A program made the translations under genes and the position numbers. 64,000 bases of DNA from Chrysomallon squamiferum (Eukaryota; Animalia; Mollusca), in the NCBI GenBank assembly GCA_012295275.1, contig CM022665.1:29078001-29142000 (forward strand), in the 5' to 3' direction. This document shows positions 29,701-40,836 of this stretch, in pieces. The notes beneath the pieces are model-generated. The model made no database searches. It was not told where the DNA came from and saw only the letters and a list, made by a program, of their open reading frames with translations. The number at the start of each line of letters is the position of its first letter. The stretch's first letter is position 1.

Positions 29701-30096
29701 GTTTACAACAATTTATAACATATTTATAACAATTTATAACGTGTAAAAGCATGTGTTTAAAAGTTAAAAACTAAATGGATGGACAGTAGTATTGAGGTAT
29801 TGAGCATAACTGTTGTTTTTTTATAACAGAGAATAGTTAACAAATGGCAGTACAAATATGAAAGAACTAAAACATGTTCAAATAATTACTGGGTAACTAT
29901 AAGGAATGTTATTTTATATATGTGTGTGTGTGTGTGAATGCACACACACACAAATCCACAATAAAACCTATAACATTATTTCGAAATTATTCCATTAACA
30001 AAATAAAATTATTTATGAATGTCAGGAGAAATCAAAATACTTTCTTGCATCTCTGTTGTTGTCATATGTTCCAATTCTGAGCAGGAAACAATATTT

Positions 30097-31288
30097 TCAC
30101 TTACATAGTACACTAGTTTCATTTTTAATGTTGTCCATAACCTCAGAACAACCACTTCCAGCATCTTTATTTGTGTGTAACTGATTTGCCGATGCTGTCA
30201 TATCAACAATCTCAGCTGTCTGGTGTTTAACTGTCTCTGTGTCACTTGTCTCCGACCTCAAAGGTGTTTGAGTGCTGCTGTCACAGGAAAGTATTTTCTT
30301 GCTTTCTTTTAAATGTGTTTGTTTATGTCGCTTCAGGTGGTGACTTACTTTGAAACATGTTCCACAAGTGTCACAAGTGTATGGTTTTTCTCCAGTGTGA
30401 GTGCGAGTATGTGTCTTCAGTGCTGAGTACCCACCACATTCTTTACCACACAACTTACAAATAAGCTTGAAAAATCGCTGCCGACAGGTGCTTGCATGTT
30501 TCTTGTACAGAATACAATCACTGAAGAACATTCCACATCTACTACAAAGATAAACCTTTTCTCCATTGTGTCTTTTAATATGCTGATTAAGTCTACTCTG
30601 GCAAGTGAACTTCTTATTGCAATGAGTCCATGGACAAGGAATGATAGGAATAGACTTTGTTTTGTGTATCTTATTATGACAACACAGGAGTTTGGAACTG
30701 TCAAATGACTCTGAGCAATATGCACATTTGTAACTGACTGACATGCCTTTGCTAGCATGCCTATTGACATGATCTACGTAATTTCTAAGAGAGGTTATAG
30801 TTTTTGAACAATGCAAACAAAAATATTTGGGCTTATGTTTTCTTTTGTGATTTCTTAAGTCAGAAATGGAACAGAATAACTTGGAACATATAATGCATTT
30901 TTGTGGCTCATCTGAATTTTCAGTATGAGCAAGCAATTCACTTCGGCTGTTAAAGTTTTTGTTACAAACCCTACATACATCATGTTCATTTTTTACTCCA
31001 CTAGATTCATATTCCAAATAATCAGCCTTTGAGGTTTTCTTTACTTTCATGAATTAACTTATGCTTTTTAAAACATCTGTCATCATCAAATTTCATGAAA
31101 CAAAACTTACATTCTAACGGATATTTTCCTGCATCAATTTTAGCATGTTCTTTTAACACAGAAAGTTTACTAAACCTTTCATCACAGATGCAACAATAAT
31201 GACCAGTAATCTTTTTCTTTTCTTTATACTTATTTTCTTCATGATTAGAACCGCTGTGTTGTTTCTCTGTACATGATCTTGTCTGCAT
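30097..31288 (-). CDS. ZNF-D: short C2H2 zinc-finger paralogue (frameshift at ~31022-31050; possibly decaying)
   Basis: Overlapping ORFs 31288-31022 and 31050-30097 are offset by one base. It shares the CPWTHC / C2HC / TGEKP cassette. The first finger has D in place of the last His. Acceptor at 31377-31378 after a long poly-T tract. Confidence 0.8.
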
Positions 31289-31379
31289 TCCTTATGGTTG
31301 TACAGTGCTTAAACTTTTATTTTCTATTTACTTTAAACCATCCATTTCACAAATGCATGTTGAAAGGGGCTGATGACTG

Positions 31380-31418
<39 letters not shown>

Positions 31419-33550
31419 ATAGGTGTCATTAAATGCATCAAACATTTAAGTATTTCTGAATGCATGCTGATGTACACAACACATATTTCATTTAGCGAGT
31501 ACATTTAAAGATGTGCAAGCTTCTATAATGTTATTGTATTAACCAATTTTTTTTTTTGGTCAGCATATATATTATTACAAAAATCAGTTTCAATTTCTGC
31601 TGGTTGTTGACATATTCACTGAAATAATGATTACTAATGCTTGCATTAATTGGAACTAAACAAGCAATACCACTGCTTTCTGGAATCCACTGCACTGCAG
31701 AAGATATTTGAGCTTGTTTATTGTTCAAAACACACACACACACACACTTAAAAATAATAAAAATACAAAAATAAAAATGAATTTTTTTTAAATGTTTAAA
31801 GACGTTTTTGCATGTTAACAAAATTTTCTGATAAGAGATTTTTGTTAAGCAGAAAAACAAAATGAAGAAAAAATAGGATGGGAAGGGGCTTTTATTATTA
31901 TTGTTGTTTTTTTTTTTTTTTTTAATTTTTGTTTCTTAAAATTATTTTCCCATTTAAGTTTTACCATGGAATCTATACGTATTTTTCTACCCTTTCAATT
32001 TCGTTAAGTTTGTCCTGTTCACATCCATAAACACATGCTGACCACGTAACACCAGCAATCTGCACCACCGTTAAAATTTGACGGCGTTTCAGTAGTTTGT
32101 CAGTTTATTACAAGCAAATCGTTTAACATTTTGTCTTCACCTTCTGTAAACCCTAACCCGTAACCGAATTTCTAATTTCGCAAATGCTTTTACTTGTGAA
32201 AATATTTTATTAGTAGTGAGGACATAGCCACATACACTAAGGTTGTTGGGTCAGCTTCCAATCATAAACTGAACTTAAACCCGAGGAGAAGCCTAAGCAC
32301 TAAGCAGTAACAAATTCATGTTTTACTAAACTACTGACATTGCCTGTTTAATACATTCCAGTAGATATCGCACTAAGGAAAATAATTTTTCAAAATGAAA
32401 ATTCATTACACACCTAAAATTTAATTATTCTTCGTCATAATTTGAAATTTGGAAAAATACATATGTATGTTATACATAATTATTCAACCGAAAAGAAAAA
32501 CCGATTTTATTCCACGTTACGGTTTATAAGTGTAATTACTACTCTGCAAAGGAGTTAGTTACAGTCAATTTCAAAAGTTGGTTCTTGAAATTAGAACGAA
32601 AAGAAATGAAATCGAATGAATCAATAGCTTTTAACGTCTCATTTTAAGATTATTATTAATATTTTGCTTTTCTTCATATAATTAGTTGTTAATTTCTAAA
32701 CATTAAACCGCAAAATTATGTTTTTCAGTATTTTCTCCTTAATGTACAAATACAAAACGACCATTATTATTGTAATTTTGTTTATCTCACACGCACACCA
32801 GATTTAATGTATACAGAAAATTAAAATAAATAAATAACAACAATAAAACAGTCAATCACAAATTATATTTCTGATTTGTTATTAGTGCTAAAAATGTTCA
32901 TTATAAAGTGTTTTAACTGTCAGTAGTAGGCTAGCTTTCCAAGTTTCTAATCAGTTCACTTTAAAATAACTCAAAAGTAATCATTACATAATTTAATCTG
33001 TATTATTTGTTAGTTTATATTTTTAGTGTATTGAAATGTCATTATTGTTATTATTTTATTTTTTATCATGTGATCTATTGGAAAATGCACATAAAAGATC
33101 TTAATCTTAATCTACTCACATACACAGAAATGGGTTGGGGAAATCAGACTGACTGGGAATAGGCCTACCATATTTCACAATATTAATAATTGTTAAAAAA
33201 TAAATAAATAAAATAACAAAATACTTTCCTCAGTGCAACCTCATGAATTTATTATTCTCTGATTAATACAAAACAATATTAAACACTTACGTTAATATGG
33301 TCAACAAAGGCACATTTATTCATTATTTGCTCAGCTACATAGGAACTCTTTATAAATATCAGTTAATAAGTGCTAATAAGTTTATTACCAAAATTCAGAC
33401 TTTTTAAATTTATTTATTTATTTATTATTATTATTATTTTTATACACTAACCAAACAAATATATTACTTTTTATCAATAACTATTTAAACCAAATACCTT
33501 TCAATTTGTTATTAACGATAAACATAATAATAATAATAACACATTTGATG

Positions 33551-35965
33551 TTAGGAATCAAATAAAGAATTTGACTGTTCCAGTTCTTGGGAAACATTTG
33601 CTGTTGCACATAAGAGTTCTGTCTGTAATTGATCTTGTTCACTTATAATGTTACCATTTTGCTCATCAATAAAGTAGGTGACAATATGCTCAGTTTCAAT
33701 ATCTACTGGTGTAGAAACATATTCTGGATAATGATGGGTTGTTGTTACTTCTGGAAGAGGTAATTCTGCATCAACAGAAACAGTAGTTTCTTGAGGACCT
33801 ACATCATCAAAAGGTGCCATTTCTCCTTTTCTGATATGTATGCGTTTATGTCGTCTAAGATGTGAACTGTTATTAAATCTAGCTCCACAAATCTCACACT
33901 GACAAGGCTTCTCGCCACTGTGAGACAGGAGATGCCTTTGTAATGAGGTATATCCACTAAGGACTTTGCCACACAGATTGCAGTCATATGTGTTGATTCT
34001 CTGATAGCATGCTCTTCTGTGTTTCAGATAAAAAACACAGTCAGTAAAGCGCATTCCACATCTGTGACATAGATAATGTGTTTCACCATTGTGTCTTTTT
34101 AGATGAAGATTTAATCTTGTCTGACTAGTTAACTTTTTACCACAGTGAGTCCATGGACATGTAACACATTTCTCCCTTTTCTGTGAATGTGTCTTCCTGT
34201 GATTGCGAAGCAAATCATAACTGTCAAATGTTTCTGAACACAAAAAACAAGGGAATTTTACTGGCATACCTTTACGAGCATGCTTCTGAATATGAACAAT
34301 GAAGGTGTAATTAGATTTATATTTTTTGTTGCAAAACTGACAATATTTTTCTTCCGATTTACTTACAGACAACTGATCCACATGATTCAGATGTTTATGG
34401 ACATTGAGTTCTGAAACTGAACAGAATAACTGTGAACATATTTCACATTTGCAGACCTTTTTACTGTGGTCATTCAAGCCTTCATGACTCAAGAACTGTT
34501 TGTTACATATATTGCACTTAATTTTTTTATCTGAATCCATATCATGTAATACTAGATGTCGATTATATGTGTTGTGGTATTTAAACTCCTTTGAACAGGT
34601 ACTACAACGGTAAGGTTTTTCACCTGTGTGAACTCTGTTGTGAATTTTCAAACATGCTTTCATCCGAAAGCTTTTATTACAGATCTTACAAACGAATGGT
34701 TTCTCACCAGTATGTAGACGTTTATGGTCTTTTAGTTTAGAAGAGTCACTACACAACTTCTGACAGATATCACATTCAAACAGTTTTGATGTTCTGTTAA
34801 AAGTTATTCTCTTATTATTTTCTGTATTTTGTTTGGAAAGACCCTTGTTTTTTGCTGGTTTCCTTTGAAAGTTTCTTGTCCTGGAGGCCTTATCCTTTTG
34901 CTCACCAATATTAGTACATTCAGATTTCTTCACTTTACTGATATTTCTCTTTTCAGTTTTATGTTGAATACTTTTATTTGAAATATTCTTTTTATATGAT
35001 GGTACAACTTTCTTCTTCACAAATGATCGTGTAATCATTCTGTTTAATGATTTGTCAGCTTGTAATGTTTCCTTTTTCACAGTTGATTTTGTTTTTAATC
35101 TGGTGTGTGATCTTTTGCATTGAACAGTTTTGCATTTTGCTTTAGTTTTGTTTTTATTTATTTCTTTATGCCTCTTAAAATTATGCTGACTGCTTTCAGT
35201 AATTCCAACACTTGGAGTAGAAGTAGTCTGATCATCATCATTTTGACAATTATTATCATTCATTTCTTTAAATAAATCAGTTTTTGTCTGCAACAAACAT
35301 TTGTCAGTTACTGTTTCTTTGCACTTTTGATTCATTAGCCAATTGTTTAAGGACATCTGTTCAACAATTACTTCATTTTCAGAATGTTTATTAAGGTCCT
35401 GCTGATGTACATGTTTGCCTTTAAAGTCATCCAATTTAGTTGATAATGAAAATATATTACTTTTATTCTCATCTTGCAAACCATTATGACAAATGTGTAC
35501 AAGATCATCATGAGAATCAGAATTATGTGGAATGACCAGCAGTTGATTTGGTTTACTACTTTGGACTTTTAAAAACTTACTTAAAACATTCTGCGATTTG
35601 CTTGTTTGATTGTTAACAAAATTAATGAGTTGATCAGTATTAATTTGTATTGGATCATGTGTTGCTTTGTGGATAATTAAACCACCCTGTGTGAAAAATC
35701 TGCTATTACATTTAGCACAAATGTATGTTTTTTTCTGGTAATGTTTCCATCTATGTACCAAGAAACTAGATTTTTTACTAAATGTTTTTTCACATATTTC
35801 ACATCTGAAATATCTAGAATAGACACCAGACAATGCCTTGATGACAGTACTCATACATGTCACTGGTGAACTTCTCTGTATCTCCTTCTGACAATCATCA
35901 CACTTGAAATTTTTGACAAGGTTCAGCGATGTCAGTGACCATTTACATGTATGATTTACAACCAT
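33551..35965 (-). CDS. ZNF-E: C2H2 zinc-finger protein, 804 aa, ~13 fingers, single coding exon
   Basis: Intact ORF: N-terminal HTCKWSL...CDDC module, finger pair, Lys-rich linker, 11-finger array, acidic tail. Splice acceptor ~11 nt before the ATG. Confidence 0.93.
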   Translation of the reverse strand: MVVNHTCKWSLTSLNLVKNFKCDDCQKEIQRSSPVTCMSTVIKALSGVYSRYFRCEICEKTFSKKSSFLVHRWKHYQKKTYICAKCNSRFFTQGGLIIHKATHDPIQINTDQLINFVNNQTSKSQNVLSKFLKVQSSKPNQLLVIPHNSDSHDDLVHICHNGLQDENKSNIFSLSTKLDDFKGKHVHQQDLNKHSENEVIVEQMSLNNWLMNQKCKETVTDKCLLQTKTDLFKEMNDNNCQNDDDQTTSTPSVGITESSQHNFKRHKEINKNKTKAKCKTVQCKRSHTRLKTKSTVKKETLQADKSLNRMITRSFVKKKVVPSYKKNISNKSIQHKTEKRNISKVKKSECTNIGEQKDKASRTRNFQRKPAKNKGLSKQNTENNKRITFNRTSKLFECDICQKLCSDSSKLKDHKRLHTGEKPFVCKICNKSFRMKACLKIHNRVHTGEKPYRCSTCSKEFKYHNTYNRHLVLHDMDSDKKIKCNICNKQFLSHEGLNDHSKKVCKCEICSQLFCSVSELNVHKHLNHVDQLSVSKSEEKYCQFCNKKYKSNYTFIVHIQKHARKGMPVKFPCFLCSETFDSYDLLRNHRKTHSQKREKCVTCPWTHCGKKLTSQTRLNLHLKRHNGETHYLCHRCGMRFTDCVFYLKHRRACYQRINTYDCNLCGKVLSGYTSLQRHLLSHSGEKPCQCEICGARFNNSSHLRRHKRIHIRKGEMAPFDDVGPQETTVSVDAELPLPEVTTTHHYPEYVSTPVDIETEHIVTYFIDEQNGNIISEQDQLQTELLCATANVSQELEQSNSLFDS

Positions 35966-38251
35966 TTTTGTTGATTCTAGAAAAAAGAAACATTTTTAAT
36001 TTAGCAAATTTAAATACATTTTTTTAACTGGGAAGAGATTTAAACAAAATTGGATTCCAATGTTGTAAAATAATATATGATTACTCTGAAAAATACAAAA
36101 ATAAAGAGTACATGTAAATCAGTTAACATGTCACCTTTATTATTAGCAAAGTTTATCTATAGTAAAAAAAAAATTAAATTAAAAATTTAACTGTACTGGA
36201 AACACTGTAGCATCTATGAGGTAAAATATTTCAGTTTCAGTGATCTCGTTATACTTTTAATGTGTCCTTGATACCTTGATGTTGGAACTAATTATTCAGA
36301 ATTTTTTTTAATTTTTTTATCAGATATGTAGGACACTGATGAAAAATAAGATGGTTTTAAAATATTCAATTACTACACAGTGCTATCCTAAAAGAAACTA
36401 GGGTAATCACTGTAGGAACCATTTAATAAGCTGTTACATATTTATATGGGGTCAGTCTTTTACTGATAATATATAGCTAGTGGATTCCCCTGCAAGCAGT
36501 TAATTAAAATGTGTAGTATGTGCTTTCTCATGTGTGGGATGGTTCATACACAAGATCCTATGCTTATGGATTTGTGGTATTTTTAGGATATAACAAATGG
36601 ACCAAATTTATGTTTCTCCCGTATTTCAGTTGGACTTTGTTACATGCAGTTGGTCTTACTCTTATCTATCTCTGTTGCTTATTACATTAATAATTCAGTT
36701 TTTAATCATCATCTTTGTCGTCATCAATAATCCAAATTGTGTGAAAAATTTAAATACAAATTCAGTTCCAGATTACTTACCACAAATTCAACTAAATGTT
36801 GAATCACTATAGACTTAGTTAGTTTCACATACTTCAGTCAAAACAACAAAATTAATAATTCAGATAGTTTCACATCTGATTCTAACGTGTCTGATGAGTC
36901 GAATCAATTCACTAATCATATCACATGCTATAATTTGTAAATTCCATATTATTATTATATTAGTAGGTATGTGACAAAAGCTGTGGAAGGTTGCCCAATG
37001 TTTGGGATGCATTTCTGCTTTTCCTGAAGGGAGTTATCTCATTCTCATTTTTGTTTCATCATTATTTTTACATATTTTCAACAACAAATATCATAACTTA
37101 ATGAATATTCAGCTTCACCATCATATTCATTTCTTGACATGTGATCTTTGATCACCAACAGAGAATCAGCAGGCAAATTATCAAAATTATTATGTGACTA
37201 AGCTAAGCTTATCCAAGACTTTAAATCATACACAAAGTTACAAATTATGCATTTCTCTTCAGTCTGCAAAATTTCATACAAATATTTAGAAGGAAGGCGC
37301 TTAATTTTGGATACCAAAATATGGGGTATTCTCTAAATATGACATTGCCATAGAGATTGCTGTTGCTGCGAATGTCTTAAAAGTTTGAGGTTTTGTTTAT
37401 TACAATTAATTATTCTTAAAAAATTATCTTTGTACACTGGTTAAATTTCTATAGGGTTTTGGATATTACATAATTAAGGTGTAAGGTACATCTGAGCTAT
37501 TAGCGCAATTAATTAATTAATTAAAATTAATGAATGTTATCAACATGCTTAAAAAATACTGTATAGCTCTAGAACTCATATAAAACTTAATATGTATGTT
37601 AGTTTGAATCTATATGAGATGTTCATTGTTTATGTTGCCAAATGAAGGAATCGACCATGTTTCTCCATAGATTCTGAAGGAAAAATACCGTCAAAATTTA
37701 CTGATAAAAATTCATAACTTGTTTCACATCAACGCTATGAATATAATCTTGATGTCATTTTAATCTGCTTTACATTTTTTTTTTTTTTTTTTTTTGCTGT
37801 TTCTGAGATATATAATTTTATAGTAAAAAAATTATACTTTAGAAAATTCTGTCACGTACCTGTTATTAGTAGTAATAAAGTAATATTAATAATGAACTAA
37901 GTATATACAGTATTACTATTAGTATATTGTACTAATTATACACCACTCAATCAGTGACTCACCCATTGGCTCTATAAAGTATATGTGTCTTACGTTAATA
38001 ATAAATTAAATTTGACACATTTTTATACATCTGCACATAACTGACCCCTCACAAGATCAGTTCCTTGAGTATCATTTCCATGTCTGTTATTATTATTATT
38101 TTCAATAACCTCTGCTAAAACATGAAATTGTCCAAAGGTAGGCCCTGAACACTCTAAGGGAGATAATTTGCTTTTCAAAGTTAGTATCCGGTTTGGGTCT
38201 CTCCGCAGTTAAATGAACTCGTTATACTGTATTACGAAAATTTAATAAGAC

Positions 38252-38284
<33 letters not shown>

Positions 38285-38811
38285 AATAAATAAAAGTAAA
38301 TTTATATTATGAAGAGTTGGTCTGAACAACAGAAAACTAATTCAGTAGAACTGAATTATATTATTGTTTATTAAACAATTAAAAAATAAACAAGAATCAT
38401 ACATTGAAAAAAACAAAATTATAATCAGTAATGTTCTGCAAATAATAATATTTCTTAAAACATAAATCGTCATCTCATATAAAATAATTTATACCAAATT
38501 TATCATAAGGGCTTCTTCCTGTTCTCATCTGTTCATGTAAAGGAATTTAGGGACATTTTTGAATGTACATACTCAAATTTAAATCCATTTTGTTAAGTTA
38601 AGCATTTACATCTGCACTCAAGTTTGAAAAAAAATCTTTTAAATAGTAAATAAAGAAAAACAAAAAAGACATGTTCATCAAAACAATTTATTTGATAATT
38701 ATTTTAAATGATTTTTTAATTTTATATATATAAAATTACTGACTAATCACCTATCTGCTGTGATTAACATCTGATTTTGTTACATAATTCGCAATTAATA
38801 ATAACAGATAC

Positions 38812-40836
38812 CTACTCTGCTTCTTCTTTACCTATACCTGCTGCTACAGATAACAAATCAGTTTGTAAATGGATCTGATCAGGTGCTCTGTCAACAAAAT
38901 AAGCCATTATCTGTTTATTCTCAATTTCAACAGATCCAATGTTGTCATCATTTTGTGTTGCAATAGGATAATACAATAATTCTTGTGTGTTGCTGTTTTC
39001 AAATGGTGGCATTTCACCTTTTCTGACGTGAATAAGTTTATGTCGTTTCAGATGAGAACTGTTGTTAAATCGAGAACCACAGATTTCACACTGACATGGT
39101 TTTTCACCTTTGTGTGATAATATATGTTTCTGTAATGCTGAATGACCACTCAATGTTTTACCACACATGCTACAACCATATTTGGTTGCTCGCTGGTAGC
39201 AAGCTCGTTTGTGTTTAAGATAAAAAACACAGTCAGTGAAGTGCATTCCACACCTAAAGCAAAGATAACGTGTTTCACCATTATGCCTTTTTAGGTGTGA
39301 ATCAAGTCTCCTTTGACTTGTCAGCTTTTTTCCACAATGAATCCATGGACAGGTAACACATTTTTCACGTTTTTGTGAGTGTGTCTTCTTGTGAAAACGA
39401 AGCAGATCGTAACTGTCAAATGTTTCAGAACATTTCGGACATGGAAATGTTATTGGCATGCCTTTGTGAGCATGTTTTTGCATATGGGCAAGGAATGTGT
39501 AGTTAGTTTTAAATGTCTTCTTGCAGAACTGGCAGAATTTTTCATCAGAATTTCCAACAGAAAACCTGTCAATATGGTTGACATGTTTATGGAGATTGAG
39601 CTCTGAAAAAGAGCAGAATAACTGTGGACACTTGTCACATTTACGGGTTTTTTGTTTGTGATCCCATAAGAATTCTCGACTTGGGAACTGTTTTTCACAA
39701 ATCTTACAAATAATCTGTGCATCAGTATTGGGTTGGTGTGAAGCTAAATGGCGTTTAAAGGTGTTCTGATACTTGAATGTCTTTGAACATATGCTGCAGC
39801 AATAGGGCTTTTCTCCAGTGTGTACTCTAGCATGAATATTCAGACATGCCTTAATTCGGAAACTCTTGCTGCATGTTGTGCATTTGAAAGGTTTCTCTCC
39901 AGTGTGAAGACGGCGATGAGTTTTCAGGTTTGAAGCATCACTGCAGATTTTTGGGCAGATATCACATTTATAAGACTTTGATGACTTTTTATTAACATTT
40001 GATTTTGTGCTGATAGACAATTCTACAATTTTTCTGTTTTTCTTCTCATCATTTTCAAAATGTAAATTTGTTTTCATTTGGGAGGTATTTTTTTGGTTTC
40101 TTCCACCTGTCACATTTAATTTGTTTCTTTTCCAATTGGATTTTCTTTTATCATTGTGTCCAAGTCTCTGATCATTGTTACTTGATGTATTATTCTTCTT
40201 TACTTGTGATCTTGTTAATATTGACATTGTTGGTATTTTCTTTTGAGGATCTTTTCTAGGATCAATTTTACAGGGCTGTACAACTTTATTACCTTTATCT
40301 TTTGATGTGAAATCTTGGTGTGACTGTGTAGAGTTCTTAGTGATTCCTAATTGTCGAGAATTTTTTTTTCGGTGTGCCCTATTATTATTATTACCACCAC
40401 TATGTTCGTTCTTGCACTTGGATGTGGACTCGTTTTTCAAAATTACAATTCCTTCAGACTTGAAAGTACTAGGAATTTGATTTTTCAAGTTATGATCAGC
40501 AGTAGAACCGTTATCAGGTTCAAGTTTTTCAATTTTAGTTTGTTTTAGTCCATGTGAGGTTTTGTGGATCATTAAACCAGCTCGTGTGACAAAGTTTCTA
40601 CTACACGTATCACAAGTATAAGGTTTTGATTGTGAATGTTTCCGTCTGTGTATAATGAGACTGGCTTTCTGTCCAAAAGACTTTTCACATTTGTTGCATG
40701 GAAAATTTCCCAGTTGACAACCAACAACTGCTAAGTTTAGTGCTGTCTTTTTAAGCACAGAAGATCCTGATCTGTAGATGTTTACAATTTTTATACCAGC
40801 TAATGACCATGTGCACTTTTTATGTCTTGAAGCCAT
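38812..40836 (-). CDS. ZNF-F: C2H2 zinc-finger protein, 674 aa, closest paralogue of ZNF-E
   Basis: Intact ORF. The finger array is colinear with ZNF-E (FRIKACL/FRMKACL, ETFDSYDLLR, QKREKCVTCPW, FTDCVFYLKH, RFNNSSHL). Acceptor ~11 nt before the ATG. Confidence 0.93.
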   Translation of the reverse strand: MASRHKKCTWSLAGIKIVNIYRSGSSVLKKTALNLAVVGCQLGNFPCNKCEKSFGQKASLIIHRRKHSQSKPYTCDTCSRNFVTRAGLMIHKTSHGLKQTKIEKLEPDNGSTADHNLKNQIPSTFKSEGIVILKNESTSKCKNEHSGGNNNNRAHRKKNSRQLGITKNSTQSHQDFTSKDKGNKVVQPCKIDPRKDPQKKIPTMSILTRSQVKKNNTSSNNDQRLGHNDKRKSNWKRNKLNVTGGRNQKNTSQMKTNLHFENDEKKNRKIVELSISTKSNVNKKSSKSYKCDICPKICSDASNLKTHRRLHTGEKPFKCTTCSKSFRIKACLNIHARVHTGEKPYCCSICSKTFKYQNTFKRHLASHQPNTDAQIICKICEKQFPSREFLWDHKQKTRKCDKCPQLFCSFSELNLHKHVNHIDRFSVGNSDEKFCQFCKKTFKTNYTFLAHMQKHAHKGMPITFPCPKCSETFDSYDLLRFHKKTHSQKREKCVTCPWIHCGKKLTSQRRLDSHLKRHNGETRYLCFRCGMHFTDCVFYLKHKRACYQRATKYGCSMCGKTLSGHSALQKHILSHKGEKPCQCEICGSRFNNSSHLKRHKLIHVRKGEMPPFENSNTQELLYYPIATQNDDNIGSVEIENKQIMAYFVDRAPDQIHLQTDLLSVAAGIGKEEAE

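Noticed and set aside
32148-32165. AAACCCTAACCCGTAACC as a telomerase RNA template or interstitial telomere
   Set aside because: Only ~2 imperfect units in the ZNF-D upstream region; no pseudoknot, CR4/5 or H/ACA features seen nearby.
36862-36918. Hammerhead-like arrangement around CTGATGA (36891)
   Set aside because: The essential GAAA after stem II is missing.
36960-37360. Possible decayed non-autonomous repeat (GGGAGTTATCTC-like words, also near 11731, 22604, 38156)
   Set aside because: Too degenerate to define ends or family without a repeat library.
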